Positions 1 through 6,589 of a stretch of 64,000 nucleotides of DNA are shown one piece after another (the first letter of the stretch is position 1; every line of letters starts with the position of its first letter). Position numbers and translations under genes: made by a program. Source of the stretch: Vicinamibacterales bacterium (GTDB lineage: Bacteria; Acidobacteriota; Vicinamibacteria; Vicinamibacterales; UBA8438). The DNA is taken from positions 2,570,012-2,634,011 of the forward strand of contig OZ244976.1 in the NCBI GenBank assembly GCA_965222905.1, read 5' to 3'. Under the pieces are notes generated by a model. That model saw only the letters and a list, made by a program, of their open reading frames with translations, had not been told where the DNA came from and searched no databases.

Positions 1-75
1 GGTGTATAGGCGTCGCCGGTTCAGGCAGGCTCGCCGGCCGGTCCGCGACATCGTGGCCCGGCTTGCAGCCGGCTG

Positions 76-1047
76 ATGCGAGAGATGGATCCGCAGTCCG
101 AGTACGTAGATCGCCTTCGTCCTCCCGGTGGCCGGCGATCGAGCAAACGCGATCTGATCGTCAACGTCTTCCTGCAGCAGGACGGGCATCTGAGTGCGGA
201 CGACTTGGTGGACGTCGTGCGCCGCGACGGCCGGAAAATCAGTCGCGCCACGGTTTACCGCACGCTGCAGTGGATGGTCGAGGCGGGCATCGCCCGCAAG
301 GTCGACTTCGGCGAGGGCCGGTTCCGGTTCGAGCACTCCTACCGCCACCCTCGGCACTTCCACCTGATCTGCAAGAGCTGCAATCAGTCGTCGGAGTTCC
401 TGTCGTCGGATATCGAGGGGTTGATCGAGGAGATTTCGTCGGCGCGGGGGTTCGAGGCAAGCAAGAGCGTCGTTCAGATCTACGGCATGTGCGATGCCTG
501 TCGGACCGGCCGGCGCGCGCCGCTCCACACGGTGACGACCGAGTCGCTCTTCGCCAGGGATGCCCTGCGTATCGCGATTGCCACGGAGCGCAGCGGGCTG
601 GAGTTCTACCGGCGTGCCGCGCGCCTGACGAAGGATGCCCGCGGCCGTCAAGTGTTCCGGAAGCTGGCCGAAGAGGAGAAAGAGCATCTCGCCACGTTGG
701 AGGCGCGCTACGCGGAGCTGCTCAAACAGGATCCGCGCCTCGAATCGCATCCGACGTTTCTGTTCTTCAAGGGCGCGGCGAACGGTCTGTTCGCGGTAGG
801 CGTCGACGAGCTGTCGCGCGGCGTCGACGACAGGGCGGCTCTCAAGATCGGCATTCGTTGCGAGCGCGGATCGCATCGTTTCTTCAAGCGCTACGGTGAA
901 CGGTTCGAGGATTCCGAGGGCAAGCGCATCTTCCTCGAGTTCGCCGAGGAGGAACGCGAGCATCTGGAGCTTCTGATGCGCGAATATCGCGCGCTCCGCG
1001 CCCGGCAGTCGAAGACCCCGGAAGAACCCGCCGCCAAGCGGACGTAG
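76..1047 (+). CDS. Fur-family transcriptional regulator fused to a C-terminal rubrerythrin/ferritin-like diiron domain
   Basis: 323-aa ORF. The N-half has the winged helix 'ISRATVYRTLQWMVEAGI', the His-rich 'HSYRHPRHFH' and Fur-type CxxC pairs ('CKSC','CDAC'). The C-half has two E...ExxH sets ('ERSGLEFY'/'EEEKEHL' and 'CERGSHRFF'/'EEEREHL'). Confidence 0.75.
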   Translation: MREMDPQSEYVDRLRPPGGRRSSKRDLIVNVFLQQDGHLSADDLVDVVRRDGRKISRATVYRTLQWMVEAGIARKVDFGEGRFRFEHSYRHPRHFHLICKSCNQSSEFLSSDIEGLIEEISSARGFEASKSVVQIYGMCDACRTGRRAPLHTVTTESLFARDALRIAIATERSGLEFYRRAARLTKDARGRQVFRKLAEEEKEHLATLEARYAELLKQDPRLESHPTFLFFKGAANGLFAVGVDELSRGVDDRAALKIGIRCERGSHRFFKRYGERFEDSEGKRIFLEFAEEEREHLELLMREYRALRARQSKTPEEPAAKRT

Positions 1048-1124
1048 CGCCCGGGTGCCTGACGCCGCGCCTCCGGGCGCCCCTCGCACCCTTTCGGCGG
1101 CCTGCGGTCCGGCAAATATCGTCC

Positions 1125-1994
1125 ATGATCGACCTTCACACGCATACGACGGCCTCTGACGGTGCTCTGGCGCCGCGTGCACTCGTCGAACGGGCGTACG
1201 ATGTCGGAATCCGGACCCTCAGCGTGACGGATCACGACACGCTCGCCGGGATCCCCGAGGCGGCGGCGGAAGCGGCGGCGCGCGGCATGGAGTTCCTGCC
1301 CGGCATCGAGATCACGGCCGTCCACAACGCTCGTGACGTCCACATGCTGGCCTACTTTCTCGATCCGGAGCCGGCGGGATTGGCGCCCTTCCTCCAACGT
1401 CAGCGGCAGGACCGCACGCGACGGGCGCGGGAGATGTCCGCCCGACTGGAGGCACTCGGCGCGCCGATCGACATGGATGACCTCATCGTCGATTCCGAAG
1501 CAGCCGGCAAGGCGGTCGCCCGCCCGACCGTGGCCCGCGCGCTGCTCGATGCCGGCCATGTCACGAGCCTGCAGCAGGCCTTCGACCGCTGGCTGGCACA
1601 CGGCAGGCCCGCCTACGTGCCCCGCTCCGGCGTGTCACCGGCCGAGGTCGTTCGTCTCGTGACCCGATCCGGCGGCGTTGCCGGCTTGGCGCATCCCGGA
1701 CTGCTGCGCAGGGATGGCCTCATTCCGGAGCTCGTGGATGCGGGCCTTGGCGCCATCGAGGTCTACCACAGCGACCACGACGCCGGTGCGCAATCGCGCT
1801 ACCTGCGTCTCGCGGGCCAGCACGACCTTGCCGTGTCGGGCGGCTCGGACTTCCACGGCGACGACCACCCGAGGGCTCGCTGCTTCGGCAGGGTCGGTCT
1901 GCCGCGCGAGCTGTTCATGCCGCTGTTCCAGCGGGTTGTGGAGGCACATGGCACCCTGCCCGAGCAGTCGGCGCAGTCGGAGGCGGCGCAATGA
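1125..1994 (+). CDS. PHP-domain metal-dependent phosphoesterase (TrpH/YciV-like)
   Basis: 'MIDLHTHTTASDG' at the N-terminus, then 'SVTDHDT', 'LAHPG' and 'GGSDFHG', which are PHP His/Asp motifs. The stop overlaps the next start (ATGA at 1991-1994). Confidence 0.85.
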   Translation: MIDLHTHTTASDGALAPRALVERAYDVGIRTLSVTDHDTLAGIPEAAAEAAARGMEFLPGIEITAVHNARDVHMLAYFLDPEPAGLAPFLQRQRQDRTRRAREMSARLEALGAPIDMDDLIVDSEAAGKAVARPTVARALLDAGHVTSLQQAFDRWLAHGRPAYVPRSGVSPAEVVRLVTRSGGVAGLAHPGLLRRDGLIPELVDAGLGAIEVYHSDHDAGAQSRYLRLAGQHDLAVSGGSDFHGDDHPRARCFGRVGLPRELFMPLFQRVVEAHGTLPEQSAQSEAAQ

Positions 1995-2461
1995 CGGCGG
2001 CGCTGATCACCGCGACGGTGCTGGGGATCGGCGGTCTCGGGTACGTGACCGTCGTCGGCTTTTTCGTGTCCGCCCCGGAGCAGGTTTCACGCCACGTGAC
2101 GTTCGCGATCTTCTTCACGTTCATCACCTTGCTGGCCCATTCGATGACGATGTTCTACCTGATCGGCAAGGGGAAGGCGATTCGCGAGGCGGTGACCGAC
2201 GGCGGGCTGTCCGATGAGCTGCACCTCGCGGTCGCCCGCGCGCGCCGTCCCGTCTTTTCGATCGGCACTCTGGCCATGGGGCTGACGATGCTCGCGGCCA
2301 TTCTCGGCGGAGGTGTCGACACCGACGTCCTGCCGGTCGTCGTTCACTCCTTGCCGGCCATCCTGGCGTTCGTCACCAACCTCCTGGCGTTTCGCGCCGA
2401 ACTGACCGCGCTGGCCACCGCGGTGGATTCCGTCACCGAGGTCAACCGGTTGCTGGAGTGA
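1991..2461 (+). CDS. small integral membrane protein, unknown function
   Basis: 156 aa with about four hydrophobic helices. It is translationally coupled on both sides (ATGA upstream, GTGA downstream), so it is probably in an operon with the PHP and HAD genes. Confidence 0.6.
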   Translation: MTAALITATVLGIGGLGYVTVVGFFVSAPEQVSRHVTFAIFFTFITLLAHSMTMFYLIGKGKAIREAVTDGGLSDELHLAVARARRPVFSIGTLAMGLTMLAAILGGGVDTDVLPVVVHSLPAILAFVTNLLAFRAELTALATAVDSVTEVNRLLE

Positions 2462-3141
2462 CACGGCTTCTCCTGTTCGACATCGACGGGACCCTGCTCC
2501 TGTCCGGCGGGGCGGGCACGCGCGCTCTGAACCGGACGTTCGAGGAGCTGTTCGGCGTCGCGGGCGGGTTCACCGGCATTCCGGTGGCGGGGCGTACGGA
2601 CCCGCTCATTCTCGGAGACGCTCTCGACCGCGCCGGGATCGTGGCCGACGCGGCAGCGCGGGAGGGATTCCTCGCTCGCTACTGCGAGCACTTCGAGCGG
2701 GAGATTGTCTACCCCGGTCCCCGGAAGGGACTCATGCCGGGGGTGCGACGTCTGCTCGACCGCTTGCAGGAGCGCCCCGACGTGGCGTGTGCGCTGGTGA
2801 CCGGCAACGTGGCGCGCGCGGCCCGCATCAAGCTGGAGCACTTCTCGGTCTTGCGCTACTTCGCCTGCGGCGCGTACGGTGACGATGCCCCGCGGCGCGA
2901 CGATCTCGTGCCGATTGCCGTCGAACGGGCCAGGCGCGCGGGCATCGACGTGAACTCGCCGAGCCGGGTCGTCGTCATCGGGGACACGCCGCAGGACGTG
3001 CAATGTGCTGCGGCAGCCGGCGCTCGGTCGGTAGGCGTGGCGACCGGACCCTTTACCGAGACGGAACTCCAGCGGGCCGGAGCTGCCGCCGTCCTTCCGG
3101 ACCTGACGGATCCGAACCGGTTCCTCGTCGCTGTCGGCTGA
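2458..3141 (+). CDS. HAD-superfamily hydrolase (phosphoglycolate phosphatase-like)
   Basis: HAD motif I 'LLFDIDGTLL' lies near the N-terminus and motif IV 'VVIGDTPQDV' near the C-terminus. GTG start. Confidence 0.85.
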   Translation: MTRLLLFDIDGTLLLSGGAGTRALNRTFEELFGVAGGFTGIPVAGRTDPLILGDALDRAGIVADAAAREGFLARYCEHFEREIVYPGPRKGLMPGVRRLLDRLQERPDVACALVTGNVARAARIKLEHFSVLRYFACGAYGDDAPRRDDLVPIAVERARRAGIDVNSPSRVVVIGDTPQDVQCAAAAGARSVGVATGPFTETELQRAGAAAVLPDLTDPNRFLVAVG

Positions 3142-3174
3142 GCCGCAACGCTTCCCGGATCGAAGCGTAGGAGT

Positions 3175-3271
3175 TGGCGGAAGCGCCTGGGAGTCGAACC
3201 CAGCCCCCCCGCGCTAGCGGGGAGCGACCGATTTTGAAGACCGGGAGGGCCACCGGGCCCCGTTCGCTTCC
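3175..3271 (-). tRNA. selC: tRNA-Sec (anticodon UCA)
   Basis: The reverse complement reads GGAAGCGAACGGGGCCCGGTGGCCCTCCCGGTCTTCAAAATCGGTCGCTCCCCGCTAGCGCGGGGGGGCTGGGTTCGACTCCCAGGCGCTTCCGCCA. It has a 6-bp D stem with a 4-nt loop, anticodon loop CU-UCA-AA, a long GC variable arm, a TTCGA T-loop, G73 and an encoded CCA. It closely parallels E. coli selC. Confidence 0.9.
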
Positions 3272-3420
3272 CTGCGGTGGACTGGTTTGGATCCGGCGGG
3301 CAGGCGCAGGCCGTACGACCACCTCGAAATCACACGCGCAGCCAACATTGGCGCGCGCATGTGCGAAGCACGACGTGACGACTTGCCTGGGACGCGAGTT
3401 GGGGACGACGGGCCTCTCGA

Positions 3421-3627
3421 CTAGCTTTCGAGCAGGCGAACTTCTCCTGCGCGCGGCCCCTTCTCCGACTGCTCGGGAGTGAACTCGACACGCTGACCTT
3501 CACGCAGAAGCTCGAACACGGCGCTGCGCACCGCGCTACGGTGGAAGAAGTGCTCGATACCGCCTTCGTCGCGGATGAACCCGAAACCCTTGTCGATCAA
3601 CAGACGTGCAATAGTGCCGCTCGGCAT
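3421..3627 (-). CDS. cold-shock protein (CspA family)
   Basis: 68 aa, 'GTIARLLIDKGFGFIRDEGG..HFFH' (RNP1/RNP2 motifs). GGAGGA lies upstream of the ATG at 3627. The longer ORF to 3732 is probably 5' leader. Confidence 0.9.
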   Translation of the reverse strand: MPSGTIARLLIDKGFGFIRDEGGIEHFFHRSAVRSAVFELLREGQRVEFTPEQSEKGPRAGEVRLLES

Positions 3628-3842
3628 GCCGTTCCTCCGCGGGAGCGCGCCTCCAACCGAATCGGCGGACACCACGCTCCCTTGAGCCGCCTGCATCCGC
3701 GCCACCGTTCCCCCGAACCCCGGACACTCCAAGCGTCCCCGACGGCTTCAGCGCGCATGCGTAACTGGAAGCAGGAGTCTAGTAACGTCGCTGTGAGAAG
3801 TCAACCACGTTTTGGATCCCACGTGGCGGATCGGCCGCGCCC

Positions 3843-4049
3843 CTACCCTGCGTCGGAGGCCGTCGCTTTCGGCGGCTGCGGCTTCGGTTTCTTGGGGGGT
3901 GGGTACGTGGTCCAGAAGTTCCGTCCGCACGCCGCGCATTTCCAGAACTGCTGCGGCGGCCACGGCTGCCCGGGCGCGGGGTCCCGGAGCTCCATCTGAT
4001 TGCCGCATCGCTGGCAGCGGATCCGGATGTCCACGTTACCGTTGCTCAT
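3843..4049 (-). CDS. small zinc-ribbon protein with Pro/Lys-rich tail, unknown function
   Basis: 'CQRCGNQ...CAACGRNF' gives two CxxC pairs, followed by the tail 'PPPKKPKPQPPK'. Start chosen at the internal ATG (MSNGNV). Confidence 0.5.
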   Translation of the reverse strand: MSNGNVDIRIRCQRCGNQMELRDPAPGQPWPPQQFWKCAACGRNFWTTYPPPKKPKPQPPKATASDAG

Positions 4050-4161
4050 GGCGCAGATTCTAGTGCGCGCCATGGTCGTTTTCAACCGGACATGCGTCAC
4101 GACGCCGAACCGGCGGCCGGCGCTTCGACGCGGGCGACGATTATCGGGCTACGATCGCGCC

Positions 4162-4797
4162 GTGACCGTGCCAGGGATGATCCTCACTGGCGGTCGGTCG
4201 TCGCGCATGGGACGTCCCAAGGCGCTCCTTCCGGCCGATGCCCGGGACACGTTCGTCAGCCGGCTGGTGCGTACGTTGCGTGAGGCCGGCGTGGACGACC
4301 TCGTGATCGTGGCCGCGGTCGACGGGCCGATCGATGCCATCCGAACCGCGCTGGCCGTTTCCCCGCCGGAGCCGCGCATCGTCCTCAACCCGGATCCGTC
4401 TCGAGGTCAGCTCTCGTCGCTTCTCGCCGGCCTCCAGGCGCTCGACGGCCCCGGGGTGGACGCACTGCTGGTGACGCTGGTCGACGTTCCTCTGGTGGGC
4501 GTGTCCACCGTTCGCGCCCTGCTGGAGGCGTACGCGCGGACGCGCGCCCCGGTCGTGCGTCCGTTGCGGCCGAGCGACTCCGCGCATGGTCATCCAGTCG
4601 TGTTCGACAGGTCGGTCTTCGATGCCCTGCGTGACGCCGACCCGCACTCGGGAGCGAAACCGGTCGTCCGCGCGCTCGGGGCGGAGGTCGAGAACGTCCC
4701 CGTCGACGACCGGGGGGCGTTTCTCGATATCGACACGCCCGCCGACTACCGTCGCGTCTTCGGGCGACCGGTGCCGGCGAATCTCCCGGCGCGTTGA
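4162..4797 (+). CDS. MobA/MocA-like nucleotidyltransferase (NTP_transf_3 type)
   Basis: 'MILTGGRSSRMGRPKALLP' is the signature N-terminal loop of molybdenum-cofactor nucleotidyltransferases, and 'LVDVPLV' follows later. The start is ambiguous (GTG 4162 or ATG 4177). Confidence 0.75.
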   Translation: MTVPGMILTGGRSSRMGRPKALLPADARDTFVSRLVRTLREAGVDDLVIVAAVDGPIDAIRTALAVSPPEPRIVLNPDPSRGQLSSLLAGLQALDGPGVDALLVTLVDVPLVGVSTVRALLEAYARTRAPVVRPLRPSDSAHGHPVVFDRSVFDALRDADPHSGAKPVVRALGAEVENVPVDDRGAFLDIDTPADYRRVFGRPVPANLPAR

Positions 4798-4849
4798 TCG
4801 GACGCGCGCGGTTCCCTAGAATGTAGGTGGGCGGTCACGCTCCGGATGT

Positions 4850-4925
4850 GGGCCAGTGGCGCAGTTGGGAGCGCGCGTGAATGGCATTCACGAGGTCACG
4901 GGTTCGAACCCCGTCTGGTCCACCA
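4850..4925 (+). tRNA. tRNA-Ala (anticodon GGC)
   Basis: GGGCCAGTGGCGCAGTTGGGAGCGCGCGTGAATGGCATTCACGAGGTCACGGGTTCGAACCCCGTCTGGTCCACCA folds as a cloverleaf. It has the G3:U70 Ala identity pair, anticodon loop AU-GGC-AU and an encoded CCA. Confidence 0.9.
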
Positions 4926-4986
4926 CTTCTCACGCCCAAATAGCTGAAACCGATGCCTCGGGAGCGTCATCCGACCTTCCGCGACG

Positions 4987-6114
4987 TCAGTACATGGTGA
5001 ACATGCGCTGAACCTCGCCGCCGTCGCGGGTTCTGGCAAGCGCCAGCATCAGCAGCACGCGCGCCTTGACCGGCGAGATGCTCTCTCCGGAGACGCGTCG
5101 CGGCGCGTCGGGCGAGTCCGCCGGTCCGTTGCGCGCTCCGACCCGCCGGAGGCGTCCCGGCACTCTGCCGCCTCCCGTTCTGCTGGCTATGACTACCACC
5201 GCGCCGTCGGCGATCACCTCCTCGATCGCGTCGGCCTGCGCCGGGGTCGTCGCGCCCGCGCCGGCCGCGGCGATTACCATGCCATCGGCGCCGAGGTCCC
5301 GGGCCGCGCGGATGAGGTCACCCGACGCCCCGACGTAGCTGGTCAGAAGGACCACGCGCGGCAGCCGATCCAGCCCGGCGACGTCGAATTCGGTCCGCCG
5401 CGTGTGCCGGCGAACCGGACGCCGGTAGTACTCGATGCGGTCCCTGTCGACGACGCCGAGCACGCCGTTGCGTCCCGAGTCGAAGCTGTCCAGTCGTTGC
5501 GCATGCGTCTTGCGCACGTCGCGCGCGGCGTGGATCTCCCCGTTGATGACGACGACCACGCCGCGGTTGCGGGAGGCCGGCGCGGCGGCGACGCGGACGG
5601 CATCGAGCAGATTCGCCGCGCCGTCGTATCCGGGAGCATCCGGGGGGCGCATCGCACCCACCACGGCAATGGGCCGGTCGGTCTTGACGGTCAGGTTGAG
5701 GAAGTAGGCGGTCTCTTCGAGTGTGTCGGTCCCGCTCGTCACGACGACGCCGGCCAGATCGCGCCGTGCAGCGAAGAGACGGTTGAGACGCCGGGCCAGC
5801 GCGAGCCAGTCCTCGACCGTGAGCGAGCTGCTCGGCAGGTTCGCGAACTGCTCGGTCTCGACCTCGGCGTAACGTTCCACCGCCGGGATCAGATTCGCCA
5901 GCTCAGCGGCCGTCAGCCGGCCGTCGGGGTGATTGGCGATGGTGCCGCCGGTGGCGACGAGGCGGACCGTGGCGCGGGGGCGGAATTGCGCGCATTCGAC
6001 GGCGACCGGCACGGCCGCCAGCCAGATGCCGGCCACCGCCGGCAGCAAACCTCGAAGACTTCTCGCGGTGCGGGCCAACCCACAGCTACTATAGCGAATC
6101 CGCCGCGACGCCAT
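4987..6114 (-). CDS. L-asparaginase, type II-like, secreted
   Basis: 'VATGGTIA' and 'VVTSGTDTLEETAYFL' are the asparaginase active-site signatures. The N-terminus has a hydrophobic signal-like segment. Confidence 0.85.
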   Translation of the reverse strand: MASRRIRYSSCGLARTARSLRGLLPAVAGIWLAAVPVAVECAQFRPRATVRLVATGGTIANHPDGRLTAAELANLIPAVERYAEVETEQFANLPSSSLTVEDWLALARRLNRLFAARRDLAGVVVTSGTDTLEETAYFLNLTVKTDRPIAVVGAMRPPDAPGYDGAANLLDAVRVAAAPASRNRGVVVVINGEIHAARDVRKTHAQRLDSFDSGRNGVLGVVDRDRIEYYRRPVRRHTRRTEFDVAGLDRLPRVVLLTSYVGASGDLIRAARDLGADGMVIAAAGAGATTPAQADAIEEVIADGAVVVIASRTGGGRVPGRLRRVGARNGPADSPDAPRRVSGESISPVKARVLLMLALARTRDGGEVQRMFTMY

Positions 6115-6310
6115 GGGCGTGCGAGAGCCAACTGACGAGCGCGTCGAGAGCGTCGCGCGGCGTTGCGCCGTAGAAGGGCATCAGGGCGGTCGGAACCCCG
6201 GCGGTGCGGACCAGGCAGGCGCGCCAGCGATCTCCCACTGCGGGTCTGACTTCGACGACGTAGTGCTGGCCCCCGATGGTCTGCTCGAAGCGGTGAACGG
6301 TAACGGGCAT
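6089..6310 (-). CDS. small hypothetical protein (possible HicB-like fold)
   Basis: 73 aa: beta-rich N-half, then 'GATPRDALDALVSWL'. It overlaps the asparaginase start by 26 nt. Support is composition only. Confidence 0.35.
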   Translation of the reverse strand: MPVTVHRFEQTIGGQHYVVEVRPAVGDRWRACLVRTAGVPTALMPFYGATPRDALDALVSWLSHAHGVAADSL

Positions 6311-6589
6311 GGGAGTCAGGATGCTGGTGCCGGGCGCGGACTTCGGAATTCTAGTGAGCCGCCGAAATCAATCAAGCGAAACCGAACACGAATGCCGTGT
6401 CCACAGGGCGCGGGAGCGCGAAGCGGTCGGGAAACCGGTTCGAGAAAAGTCTGTCGCCGCCGAAAATTCACAAGTGGGACACAGATTTTCCACAGTGTTT
6501 CAGCAGCGGCGATTCGGGCCGCCGCGTAAGTGGGTCGCCGCCGGTGTGCGCGCAGGTCTCGATCGGTCCGAAGATGCGGAGGGCGCGCC

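Noticed and set aside
3141-3420. selC as an island integration site
   Set aside because: There is no integrase, no direct repeat of the tRNA 3' end and no compositional break next to tRNA-Sec. The same holds for tRNA-Ala at 4850-4925.
6311-6589. LexA/SOS box upstream of the AddAB-like operon
   Set aside because: The only half-site resemblance is 'cgaacacgaatgcc'. It lacks dyad symmetry and is not a convincing operator.
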